A DNA stretch of 60,157 nt, counting the filler, from Sluysia triapertura (taxonomy: Eukaryota): NCBI GenBank assembly GCA_046118255.1. It is 5 parts of 5 records of this genome, joined end to end, with 100 filler letters (N's around TTAATTAATTAA, not from the genome) between each part and the next. Parts side by side here need not be neighbours in the genome. Positions count along the whole stretch, not along the records: positions 36,307 to 47,331 come from JBJNIA010189986.1; positions 47,432 to 60,157 come from JBJNIA010086137.1; 3 more parts are not named here. One strand, written 5' to 3'. The position numbers and the translations under genes are program-made. Of this stretch, positions 38,106 through 50,980 are shown piece by piece. The number at the start of each line of letters is the position of its first letter. Positions within the stretch are counted from its first letter, which is position 1. The notes beneath the pieces were generated by a model. The model was not told the DNA's origin and did no database searches. It saw only the letters and a list, made by a program, of their open reading frames with translations.

Positions 38106-38523
38106 TAAATCACAACATTATTCATTAAACTATTTCATTCCTAACACTAAACGTACCACGACCAGTCAAATGACTGCTTTTAGTTTTTACTTTAAAAAAA
38201 TAATGTGAAATTGTATTGCTTTTGACTATTTTGTAATGACTTTTAATTTATGTATAATTTTATATTTAATTTTACATATGGGTGTAGTGTTCAGTTTATC
38301 CATAAATCTCTAACACATACAACACAAACATCCACTACACTTTACATCAATATATTACAACCTAAATAAATTATAACCTTTTGATTCCGATAATATATAA
38401 TGTAATAAATTACAATAAATTGTTACTTTCAATCCGCCAATATCGCTCTACTCAAATATACCATCATAGTGTAATTTTTACATTCTCCTTTTATTTGTAT
38501 TTTTTCAACACAAAATTAAAAAT

Positions 38524-38570
38524 AGCTCGAAATCCGATGTTTGGCCTGTTGGTATTCTTTTATATCAAAC
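38524..38570 (+). pseudogene. Protein kinase subdomain IX fragment (SSKSDVWPVGILLYQ)
   Basis: Matches the KSDVWSxGILLYE consensus. Confidence 0.55.
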
Positions 38571-38743
38571 TGCGGTCATGTTTCAATATCGTGCTACTAT
38601 AATATCTGAACGAGTTCATGGAATTCATTCTAGTAATGTTATTCAAGAATATTGCTATTTGGGTCTTTATCCATTTACATGTAGTCAAGTTAATGTAGTT
38701 CTTAATCGTATGTATTGTGCACGGCTTATTGCTTTATTGTGTC

Positions 38744-39404
38744 ATGGAGATGTTCATTCAGAAATGCCAAATGGCCTTACGAAGGACTTCCACCAGAAGC
38801 AGTTATACACAGAGTTGGAAACGGTTTCAAAGAAACTTTAAGATCGCAACATTCTCGTGAATATAAAGATCTTTGACATATGTGTTGGGCATCAATGCCT
38901 GAATCAAGACCACCTTCCACAACAATTAAGTCATACTTCTCATATTTTGATTCCTCAAACTCAGAAACACAACAACCTCATTCACAAGGTATGGCGCCCA
39001 ATGTTATGGTAGCACAACAATCGCAGCATCAACAAACTACCCCATCTCAAATACAGATGCATCAACATATGCAACGGATTATTCAACAGCAATTACTGCA
39101 GCAACAAATTTCTGGAGGTTCTGTAAACCCTGGAAGTTTACAAGTTCCACATCTCTATCCAAACAACACAACTGTACAGCGAAAACCTACAGAAACCGTT
39201 ATCAGTAATAATTTTTCTCTTACTAACACATCTAATACTACTCCCGTGACAAATGCAGTTTCTGATGCACCAAATAATTCTGGTGATTCTACAAATGCTG
39301 CCAATAGCGCAGTTATCGGAAATAGTGCACAGACCAATTTAGCTGTAACTGCTAGTGTTTCCATTGAAAATACTAGTACAAATAATACTTCTACCCCATC
39401 GTAA
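38744..39404 (+). pseudogene. KSR/Raf-like kinase subdomain X-XI fragment fused to a Q/N/S/T-rich tail
   Basis: MEMFIQK/WPYEGLPPEAVIHRVGNGFKETLRSQHSREYKDL*HMCWASMPESRPP aligns with the KSR pattern E-x5-WPF-x3-P-x-EA-x-I-x3-G-x-G-x-K...CWA...RP; 7-nt duplication at 38762-38768 and TGA at 38874. Confidence 0.65.
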
Positions 39405-39789
39405 TTTAGTTTTAAAATGTATAATTTTATTATTTTTGTAAATTCAATTTATAGTGTATCATTTTTATGGTTCCGATGTGTAGAATGTAATTAATTTATT
39501 TTTATTGTTTCTTGTAGATGTAATTTTATATTGTTTACAAGTTTATTGATATATAAGATTATGAATTATATTAATTTGTGCAATTATTTTATAAAGCTTG
39601 TTTAAATATACAGAAATTCGGATAAGGTATCTGTTTGCGAATTTGTCGGTTAAGAAAACTATATACTGCACAAGGTCAGGAGTAAAATTTTAAAAATTAT
39701 TTTTAAATTCTTTTCAAAAATTTTACAGAATTACAAACAGTCAAGACTAAACGAACAGTAAAGATAGTACTATTTGAAATTTTTGTTAG

Positions 39790-40540
39790 AAAATTTTAAT
39801 TCGATCGCTTTATGCAGAAACCTAAGTGTGATTTCTCTAAAGAAGCGGGATCAGTAGAACTAACTGAAGATTCATTTACAGTTGATTTTAAGAATCCTAA
39901 ATTTTTAGCAGATGTTAGTAAAGCGTTATTAATGGAAGATCTCAATATAAATGCAAGCACACCATTGAACCGTTTAATCCCAACAATACCATTAAGATTA
40001 GATTATATTTTATGGATTGATGATTTACTCAATGTTCTAAACAAGAAAGAGAATGTTGTTATTTTTGATATTGTTTGTAGAACTAGTTGCATTTATCCAT
40101 TACTTGGTGTTAAATATGATTCAAATTGGAACCTCATTACTTCCGAGGCTGATGATTTTAATTGTCAAGTTACTTTAGAAAACGTAAAAAATAATTACCA
40201 AGATCGTGTTAAAATCATGAAAACAAGTACAAATATATCTTTTTTAGATTGTTCATGTAATTTTCCAGAAATTAACGTAGATGTTGTAGTTCGCCATCCA
40301 TCATTTTTTTGTAGACAGTAAAGACAAATCAGGAGTATCAGTTACAAGAAAGATTGATAGAAGAAATTCATCTAAGACATTAAATGATGTTAGTCGCATG
40401 TATAGCTATCATGAGGAACGTGGATAGATAAGTTTTGTAAAGAAATTAGATGTTGAAAGTATTATAAAGATAGCATTCGAAATTTCAAAATGTATTTTAA
40501 ATTTATTAGGAAAACAAAATGAATTCAAACAATTGTTTGG
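39790..40540 (+). pseudogene. METTL16: METTL16 (RlmF-family m6A methyltransferase) pseudogene
   Basis: VDFKNP, RLIPTIPLRLDYILWIDDLL, SCIYPLLG are diagnostic. SAM motif DIGTGA decayed to DIVCRT and catalytic NPPFF to HPSFF; frameshift near 40315 and TAG at 40425, then ISFVKKL..ES...LLGK. Confidence 0.88.
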
Positions 40541-40899
40541 CCAGTACGTGCGTACGAAGTGTTGTCAAGTGATTTTTAATCATATTCAAATAGCGCGGAT
40601 GCCAGTTCATACAGATCGTGGAACCGAGCGGGTTAAATTTTGCTCAGAGGGTCTTGTTTTCGAGCTACCCGGCGAAGAATTCTGTGGAACCCAGTTGTAT
40701 GAAACGGTACGACATGTGGTAAAAATTTTTGTTTTTGACTCATATTCATCATCATCCATTTATTGTTTAGACCTTTTTAATCTTACTGAAATTGTGATCT
40801 TCTATGTTTTAAAATCTTTTTTAGAATATGTTAATAAAAATTGTTGTTTTTATTTTCAATTATTTATTAAAGAAATTAACACTAATTATTTTAATGTTT

Positions 40900-42020
40900 A
40901 TACAGACCTTAAGTCTGAGTTTTCTGGTAACAATATCATAACCTCTAATTTTAAATTAAATGCTATTATACCCCGGCCATCACATATTGGTCTATGTGTT
41001 GTTTTAAAATTAGTTTACCCAGTCAGAGCAGTTTTTTAATGAAGTAGGAAATACACGCTCTGATTGTGTTGTTATTTGTGTATGCAACCAGTATATGTGT
41101 AAAGCTGAGAACCATCATCAATAGTGATGTGTAAATGACAAGAATGAATGAAGTGTCACTACTGATGATGGTGACGATAAAATTTAATTCATTAAAAATC
41201 AATTATTTAAGAAATAATTTAAAAGTGCAAAAAAATAATAATAATGCTAACAATGTATATAAATTGGTAATAACAATAATAATAACGACAATAACGTTGA
41301 TATTATTATTGTTATTAATAAAGAAAATACATAAAATCTTTGACACTATGAACACAATCTTTTCTGTATATCTAAAACATTTCTTACATATAAAGTGAGA
41401 TAAAAGAAAAAGAAACAAATGTTAGAATAATTCATTGAAACTTATTAAAATTTTATACTTTGAAAACAAAATTTGTGCATTAGTATTAATGGTTTTGGAT
41501 GCTTGTTGAAAGGTTGAAGTTATTTTAATTTTGAATGATGATTACAAAATAAGTCTCAGTATATTATAATGCTATTACTGGTAAGCATCAACGATGAACA
41601 TGTGCATGTGAAGTGTATTTTGGTTGGTGTAGTTGATTGAAGGTTTTGATGTAAGTGATCTATGTTTCAAAGGTATTTGTTAGGGTTATTTGATAAAGTT
41701 ATTATATTTAGGGTTTGTGAAGTTTCTCTTATGATTGTGATTCGTTAGTTGAAATATTTAGTGAATGAATGTTATGAATTATTTGAGGTAAAATGTCGAA
41801 GTTTATCGTGCTATAAATGGTTGAGATATTAGTTGAATTGTTGATGTATGTAAGTTAATGAGATGTTGTAATTATCGAATATTTTTTATGATGTTTGGGA
41901 TGATGTAATTCGAAAGTAGAAAATATGGTTGTTTTAAAATCTGCATTTTAATGAAATTTGGTTTGTGAATATTAGCTGTAGTATATTAATGGATTTTGAT
42001 TATGAGTGTTGACCACTACA
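40900..42020 (-). mobile_element. Strand-skewed LTR-like repeat
   Basis: Begins TGTAGTGGTCAAC on -; shares AAAATACATAAA.TCTTTGA.A.CTAT and the (AAT)n block with 28570-28650. Confidence 0.6.
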
Positions 42021-43892
42021 CCATCATTCTTTCAAGATCTTAAAGCACTACAATGGTCTTTGGAATTTCCATGGTATTCTTCAGTACCTAAAATGACTAG
42101 AAATGTTTTCATCTTCATTAAAATCTCTTCAATAATGCTTTATTATGCCAATTATTTCATATCAACTCTCCACGTATTTAGCTAATCCCACGTCTTCTCT
42201 ATTCATTTCGCACTCACTAGTAGGGTAATCCCAACAATAATATTGAAAAAGGTTGTAGAAAATTTAAAAGTTCTTTGTGGTTGGAAGACAAGCTAAAATT
42301 TTTTTAAGTGGAATTATTATTAAATTTTATTTTATTAAAATTAAAATTATCCAAAACTACTTTTAAATAGAAAAATTACCCGTCTTACGACCTAGAGAAA
42401 CTGTGGCATAGTTTTGGGAAGAATTGATCCTAAAAATGAACAACGAACAAATAAATCAATTTTTTCATAAACGCAATAAAACACTGACTGTAAATTAGCC
42501 AATTAGAATTGTTTATTAATATAATCAGTTTTTAGGTGATTTGACTTAGTAATGTTACTGAATACAAATGGATTTCGAAATTATCTGCTTGAGTAATTAG
42601 CTCTATCTTAAAACAATGATCTGCTTAATTGTTCTATACGGGTTTTTAAAAATTTATCCTCATGAGTTAATCTCTTTGTCACAAATTCCAAATCATTGGT
42701 GTCTTACTTATTAATTTCGTCACTTTCATAATATACTAACTTAAATTAAAGATATAATGAATAAATAAACTAATAAACTCGCGTTAATATTTCGATTTTA
42801 TTCCTAATGGATTGAGTAAATTTATCTACATTAATTTTATTGTGACCAATTTTTAATACAATAAGCAAGTTACTATCAATTATTATTCTTTTACTAATTT
42901 ATAAATAATATAAATTTTAATAAGAAAAATCACAATTCGGAAAAAATAACTGAATGCACCATTAAATTTTACATCATACACGCCATTGAAAACATGAAAT
43001 TAAAGAATATTTATAGCTATGTTCTGGTATTTTCATTATTCGTTAGTTAAATTATAAATTTCTTTGTTTAATTTCACTTTTTTTTGTCTTTTTATTTTCA
43101 GTGAAGTATAAGATGCAGTTTATAAAATTTAAGTCAATTAGTTTGAAAAGTGTGATTTAGTAATCATTCCTACTGATCGATGAAGCAAATTTCATTAGCT
43201 ACGTTAAATTTAATCGTAGCATTTTGTGAATTATTTTTGAATTTATGATGAAAAATGAAACCATTAGTAAATGGCAAAAATGCATTTAATTAATTAATTA
43301 ATATACTTATAAATGTTTTGTAAAACCTTACAAAATATTGATCTCTTTACCTTCAAACTGCAATATCTTTACAGTCACTTTATTTTCTGACAACCCCAAC
43401 AGTGCTGCAGCTTGTAGTATAAGAATAAAAGAATAAAACAAACTTCTATCGTGGATCATATTTGTTAATTAGATGTGTTTGTAAAATATTGAAATTAAAA
43501 TAAAAAGAAAGTCACGATGAGAAAACCCTCTATAAAATCTTACTCGTGAAAATATAAAAGTATATTCATTAATTGATTTTGCTTTTTAATACTTTTATGA
43601 AAGATGTCTGTATATGAGAAAACGGCATATGTACTAAAGTATAATGCTGAAATTTATCAGTACTATTATTACTGAAATGTTACTAAACATGCCGATGCAG
43701 ATAACGTAAAAATTATTTATTTTAATTAATCAACGTGTAGCACATTGGTAACACATGACGTATTGCAGTAAAAAATTTTGTGGAAAAGAAATTTTGCATT
43801 TACTTGATTTTATCTTTAATTTAAGTTGATATTATTTAAACAGTAAACATTAATATGTTTAATTATGCTAAATTTCGATTTTGTTACATTTC

Positions 43893-43935
43893 CATTGGCT
43901 GATGACTAGTATATAAACTAGCATCAGTTCAATGA
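43893..43935 (+). promoter_or_regulatory. Repeat-borne CCAAT/TATA cassette; inverted copy at 53503-53535
   Basis: ATTGGCTGATGACTAGTATATAAACTAGCATCAG versus the reverse complement TTGGCTGATGATTAGTATATAAACCAGCATCAG. Confidence 0.5.
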
Positions 43936-44989
43936 GAGTCGCCATTATAAAATTTTAATTTAGTTCTAGATTTTGAATTTTCTAACATATTTCAATCGGC
44001 TTAGTCGCCATTTTATTTTTGGCATTGCATGATTTCTTTTTGGTAATTCGTCTTATCAGAGTTCGATTTACATTCAAAATTTGGCAATGTCATTCGTACA
44101 AAACCGGTTTTCCATTCGCTGAGTATCGTAAGTTATTGTTTTAAGGTAATACTAATTGTAGAAGATTAGTATAAACTTAATATTACATACTTTAAACATT
44201 TATTAAGTTTCTCCGATACATTGAGGAACAAAATCTACTCAGATTTATTTTATAAAAGAAAAATTTATTTTATAAAAGAAACGTATAATAATTATAAAAT
44301 TTTGTTAAAACTTTTAAATTCAAGGAAATTATATTTAAGACTTTATAAAATCTATTACTATTGAAAGAAAAAAAATTAATAAGTGAACATTTATTGAAAA
44401 CATCTATTAAATACGTAAAAGTTTTCTTTTAAAGTTTCTTGAACATACTAAACTTTTTTCAGTAAAATCTATAATTAAAATAATCAAGTCATAAAAATAA
44501 AAATGTGAATCATGAAAATCTTTAAAAAAATTTAAAATTTACTTTATTAATGTCTTGATCTATATAATGAGAAGTCCAATTGAATTATAACGAAACGAGT
44601 TCATTCAAACTATATGAGCATAAGAACAGTGATTTGCATGATGATATTACTTGATATTGGCAGATTGCACATTTTTAAAAATTAATTTGTTCCATTCCAT
44701 TTGCTGTTTGAGTATAAAAATCATGCAATTTATTATGATTCGAATTAATTACATTTGTAAAATGTTTATGATGGTCGATATTATTGTTTATAAGATTAGG
44801 AAACAGTTCAGATTGATCACTTTTATTATAACTAAATAATGATTGTCGAATTATCGATTAAAATTATAATCAATTTTCTTTTTAATCAAAACAAATGTAA
44901 TGTCATTTGCCGGCCAATCATAATTCAGAACACTTTATTCATGATTTGATGAAGAGTAACTATGATTGGATGGCCAATAGTTTAGATTT

Positions 44990-45477
44990 AGTTTAATAGT
45001 GACTGTCAGCAATGACAGCAAATAATCCAAAATAATTACAAACTGTCACTGTTGACAGCATGAACAGCACAATTGCAATGGTGGTAACTAATAGTAATTA
45101 ATAATCATAAAAGTACAAAATAATAATAAAATAAAATTATAATGAAAAGTAATAATACTAATAATTTCCTTAAAAATAAAAATACATATGAAAATTATCT
45201 CTTCTTCCTTAAAACATATCTTAGAAATAAAATTATAAAAAGAAATTTGTAAAAATTGGAGATGTTGAAAGAAATTCCATTTTGATTTATTGTTTTCAAA
45301 TAATTTGGAAATGTGAATTTAATGATCTTTTTTGATGTTATTAATTTGTGAACTTGTAATGTTTTAAAGTATCAAAAATTTTAATGAATCTGAAAAAGTA
45401 AAATGTGAAATGTTATAAAATGTGATTTTTAGTGTGTAGTGTTGAATTGAAATTTTAAGTGATAAGGTTAACCACTG
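44990..45477 (-). mobile_element. Strand-skewed LTR-like repeat
   Basis: AGTGGTTAACC terminus on -, homology to 35570-35850, AAAATACATA motif next to an (AAT)-rich block. Confidence 0.55.
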
Positions 45478-47331
45478 AGAGGTTTTAAGTATAATATTCC
45501 ATTTTGATATAATTCTTGCAATCGGTCTTTCTTAGTGTTATTTAATTATTTTAATTTCTTTGTGAATTTAATCGTAATTAATTTTTAGTAAAGATTGTAT
45601 AAAGCAGAATAATTTATATAAGACCCTTATTAAAAATCATTAATTTTTTAATAAAATATTAACTTATGCCCTCTCACGATATAAGACGTTTACTATGACC
45701 GGGACCCTGCTCAAAAACATTATGCGTAAGTTAAGTGTTAAAAAACTACAGTAATAAACAGTCTCCTTGAAATATCTGATAATGATTCGAAATGTTGCAT
45801 CTTGTATTGCATATCTTACAATTAAAATAGGAAAGATTTCATTTAATGTAAACCTTTTTAGAAAAGCCATCTTACTAGTTTAAATTTCAACACCTTTAAT
45901 CAATAGATCCACATAATATCCATAATTTTATCAATAATTTTATTTTTGATCTGAAGATTCGATTTCATAATCAATTTCAACTTAATTGTATCAAAATAAA
46001 AAAAGCTTTATAAATGTCTAAATATTATGACAAAATTAAATGTTAAATTATTAATTTAAAATAAATTAAAATTCATAAATTTAATTTATTTATAAATAAT
46101 GTAATATATACCTATCTTTTATCATAAATAAGAAAAATGAAACTTGAAAAAAATTGAATCCAAACAAAAAAACCAATTATTTTATTATAAATATTATTAC
46201 CAATGCAATTTATTTTAAAATAAATTATTTTTCTTATTTTTCAAAATAAATTTATTTTTTAATGTGTTTATTTGTTTTAATAACATTTTTTTCAATTCTT
46301 ATTTATTCGAGCAGTCTAAAATATTGAACAAATATTAATATATACAAAATACAATATGGAACACGTATGAATGAGTCATTCGTGACACCGTTAAAATATA
46401 AAGATGCTTCTTCAAGTCTGGTAACTATGATTTAGGAAACTGCCAAATTATGATCTAATTGCAAGATCTTCAGATATTACGTAATTAGTAAACAATTCAA
46501 TCGAATATTTTTGAAAATATTTATAAATAAATATGTTAGCCTTTATGAAATTGATTAGAACCTCCTCTCAGCGTAAATCTAACATGTAAATCATGCACAT
46601 TTTCCATAATTATATACCATAGATTTTAGTTTATGATTAATTAAAGGTCACTATTTAAATATATTATTTGATATTTCATATCCAAAATGAAACCATCAGT
46701 AAAACTAGGTTTAATTATTTTAAATATTTTTAGCACAGCTTAAAAAATTTCAATTAAAAAACTTATAGATTAAAAGTAGAAAAAATTCAAAAAAATAATT
46801 CAATACAACAAATGTTTACTGTAAAAGTTAATTTTATTGTTTTAATGGTACTGTAAGAATAATTTAATTATTTTAAAACATTTAATTCTAAAGCAAAATA
46901 AATCACTCTTAATTAGCCAAAAAAGAACTCCAGGATAAGCATGAACACCTTAGAAGTGCAATGGATTGACATAAATACAGCTATAATGTGGAATAAAATT
47001 AAGGCGGATGTAAATATAACGATAATATAGAAAATAATAAATAAATAAAGTAGAAGAAAATATAGCTAGAAATGTATTATAGAATGTGATACTGTCCGTA
47101 TATGGAGAAAGATTAAAATAAATATTTTATTATAGAGTAAAATTGGCTATATGATTATATCATTTATAGAGAAAAATTGATTATGAAGAAATTATTATAG
47201 AATGAATGGGAAAATATTGGTTATTCGTGATGAGGATCTTCAATGTAAAGATACAAAAGAAAATTATATATATATATATATATAAATTATAATTCGACAA
47301 TTAATTATAATTAAATGGCTTTTGGAGAATT

Positions 47332-47431
47332 NNNNNNNNNNNNNNNNNNNNNNNNNNNNNNNNNNNNNNNNNNNNTTAATTAATTAANNNNNNNNNNNNN
47401 NNNNNNNNNNNNNNNNNNNNNNNNNNNNNNN
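47332..47431. other. Assembly spacer
   Basis: N44-TTAATTAATTAA-N44. Confidence 0.97.
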
Positions 47432-48985
47432 TCTGTAAATTGCTACTAAAAATAGATTGAAAATTAAGTAGTGGAGAAATAATTTGTCATTTTCCTAATA
47501 ATCAACAAGGAGTTATAGAGATATATTATATTTCAGTGACGCAAACAGAAAAATGAAGCTCTGATGGTAAGCAAAGAACAATTTATTCACAATTTCCAAA
47601 GATTAATAAACATACAATATCAATTTTAATTTTACAAACATAATACTGAATTTGTATTATTAAGTAATTTTATGGAAGAAAAATGAACTTTTATTGTGTA
47701 CTTTAATGACCTGATACCTGATACCTGATACCTTACAAAGAAACCGAGATAATTAATCTGAAAAAAAACCGTGATTTGTAAAAATACATCAGGTTTTTCG
47801 CTTATGCTGTCAGCTTATATTATTTTTGCATCGTTCTTAAGTTAAGTACATTTGTTAAATATTTTTTTCTAGCACATTCTAGTACATCCATCTATTATCG
47901 GTTCCTACTTATCGTAAACGTTTTAACTTCAAAATTTTATTTCACTCTCAGTTTTCTGAAGTTTAAAATATTTTCTGCAATATTAAAGTCAATAATAGTT
48001 GTGTATGGGTGTTTAAAATAAAGTTCCCATTTTGTATTATAACGGAAACACGTTATTCAAAACAAGAATACGTGTGATTTAATGAAGAAATAACTGTCAG
48101 GAAGAAATTTATAAAATGTAAAATTATAAACTATAAAATATTTTATGAGGACTCTATGAAAACAAAACAGTAATAATAAATATTACTAATTCTCCTAACA
48201 GTTTACAATAATAATGACTCATTGTCGATTGAGTCACGGACATAGTAAATGTCAAAATAACAAGCAAATTTCAAATTATAAATGCAAGGTTATCGTCGTT
48301 ATCCGGGCTAAACTACAATATTTGAATATTGTATTATTTTGTTATTGCATACTCTGATACTGCTGTTATTTTTATTTATAATAATACGGTGACTAATTAA
48401 AATCCAATTGTGAAATCATACGAATATGATATATCGCGTTCTACGAAACATATCGTATACGATAAATATATGCGTAATTGAAAAAAAGCAAAAAATATAT
48501 TTGAAACATTGTAATATATCAATGACGTCGTTTTAATGTATATTAATTGTGGCACATATGTACCATTTTTATTTTTATTTCTGTGTGAAGAACTGAAACT
48601 AATTTTAATTTTGTATTTACGAGTCAGATTTTTAATACTACTACGAATTGGTCTCCAAATTTCGATATAAGGCCGATCACTATTACATGTTATATTGTGG
48701 CATCGTCTTTATATTATACTCAATGATATTATACTTTGTATTTTCATTAAATAAGTTTTGATCACGTACCTCAGGTATATTTCATATTATTAGAAGCACA
48801 TACTTTGCGCATGTTCGATATACAGTTTATATTATTTAATAATGAACTGGAATGAGCACACTTTACTAAACCTACTTTCAAGCAACATATCAAATTGAAT
48901 GTGTTTAAAATATTTCTAAATTTAGTGAAATCATAGCTAAATTGCTTAAAATCTTATCTTTTTCCGAGTTTAGATCGTTGAGATA

Positions 48986-49471
48986 CCATGTTTCCACGAA
49001 AATAAGACCTAGCATGATGTTTCAGGATGATTTTAATTTAAGACCTACCCCTGAAATAAGCCGATTATTATGCTTAGAAAAAGTTAATGAATGGCTATAA
49101 AGTACAATGTATTCTGAGATACTTTCATTTTCAGAGCATTCTGATTGTGATTGACTTTCGAAAATCCTCCAAGCATTTCTTCTTTGCCACACAATATCCA
49201 CGAGAATGACTTAAAATAACAAAATTCAGCTAAATAAAAACTCTACAGAAACTTTGGGATCCAGTGACTTGCAAAACATTCCAGTGGACTTAAAACGTGT
49301 TATTCATTAGTAAAACTGTAGATCGATTTTCATGTTTTTTGTATATTTAAAAATTTCACAATTCTCTACTTGGTACCTTTGTTTTTCGATAGCTGAAAAT
49401 AGGACATCCTAAAAAAGCCCTAGTGTCATATTTTGTAGTGAAAATTAATATATGACCGGTCTTATATATGG
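48986..49471. mobile_element. Tc2/pogo-type non-autonomous element
   Basis: TA|CCATGTTTCCACGAAAATAAGACC left end, repeated AATAAG(A)CC motifs, right end GGTCTTAT...ATGG|TA. Confidence 0.6.
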
Positions 49472-49977
49472 TACTAAATCGGGACCACAATGTAAAAGTG
49501 ATTCACGTCATTCATGTATTTCTCATTTACCAAGCTTTAGCAATTGTCTGACCAATTAGATATTATCATATTTTTTAATTGGCTCATACATCAAAACATC
49601 CCAATTATACAGAATACCCATTTTATTATCTGATAAAAATTAATTTACACAAGAAATGTACGAAAAATGAAATATTGTTTTAAAAAATTATATTATTATT
49701 GCAATATAATAATAATAATAATAATATATGAATTTATTTATTAAAATTTTTAAACTCCGAATTTGAAAAACAAATGAAAATTAAAAAATAAGTAAACCAA
49801 ATTTACATAAAACAGTAGGAAAATTGAAATCGACGTTTTTGTAGCGTAATTATTTCAATTTAAATAAAAATAATAATAATAATAATGATAATAAAATAAA
49901 ATAATATTGACAATAATAATTATCATTATTTGACTTTACATTAATGTCTAGAACAAGCGATCGTTATAAAATTTCAG

Positions 49978-50040
<63 letters not shown>

Positions 50041-50048
50041 TACTATTA
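49978..50048. repeat. (ATT)n/(ATC) microsatellite
   Basis: Long trinucleotide run. Confidence 0.95.
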
Positions 50049-50407
50049 TTTTAATCTATTTGTACCATTAGTAATTAACTTGCAAAACAGTTCAGTTTCA
50101 TTATTTTTCCTCCATTAATAAAATTACAACATTCATCTAAATGAAAACATCATAACACATCAAAAATTGTACTTTCTTATTAAAAGTAAGCTCTTTTTTA
50201 GGGTAAGACGTAATTCCTCGTGACAATTAATTTTTAAAAAATCGATATATTTCCTACATTTTGCTTTACTAATAACTGCTTATTTGGCTTGAATAAGATA
50301 TCCAAGTTATCTTCTAGAAACACAACCTACTTGTATGTTTCTTGGAGAATTTTTTAAAATAAAATTTAGTCATAGAAGCGCATAATAAAATATAATACAA
50401 AACTTAC

Positions 50408-50980
50408 TTTGTTGTAATATGTGATCTTGATCTATTATTCCTCGTATACTACTATTATTATTGCTGTTACTACTAAAATTACTGGTTATATGATGACCAT
50501 AACTGTGACCGTGACCACTGTTTATTGCACTGGTTCCACTACTGGCAATCAACGGACAGGTAGAAGGATATATGATTGACTCTTGGAACGAATCACGAGG
50601 AGTTGATGGTGGTGGTTCAGAAGGTGGTGGTGGTATACTACTCAATAATGCTCCAGTACCAGATGCATGATCACGTAATGGTACCATTTCTGCAGAACAA
50701 CTGTCATCAAACATTATGTCATCATCATCATCAATTGTATTGCTGTTATTATTAGTATTATTATTAGTATTGTTGTTACTGTTACTATTACTGTTACTAT
50801 TAGGTGCTGCAGTTGCCAATACAACTTTACCCATTTTATTATTACGCAACTGTTCATCTAATGTGTTCATATTACTCTGATTACCAAGTGGACTTAAAAT
50901 AGAATTTGTTTGATTGCTAAGACCAGTTTCTAATGGTAGTCGTCTTCTAGGACAGGTTGTGTCATCGTCTGTAGATAAAT
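50408..50980 (-). CDS. Internal 573-nt phase 1-1 exon, disordered, with IPPPPSEPPP motif (gene unidentified; Robo-like cytoplasmic tail possible)
   Basis: Acceptor gataatttAG at 50981-50982, donor A|GTAAGT at 50407, fully open frame. Confidence 0.8.

Noticed and set aside
38874-38876. In-frame TGA in the KSR-like piece as selenocysteine or readthrough
   Set aside because: The position expects Leu (TTA to TGA is one change), a frameshift lies nearby, and no SECIS was recognised.
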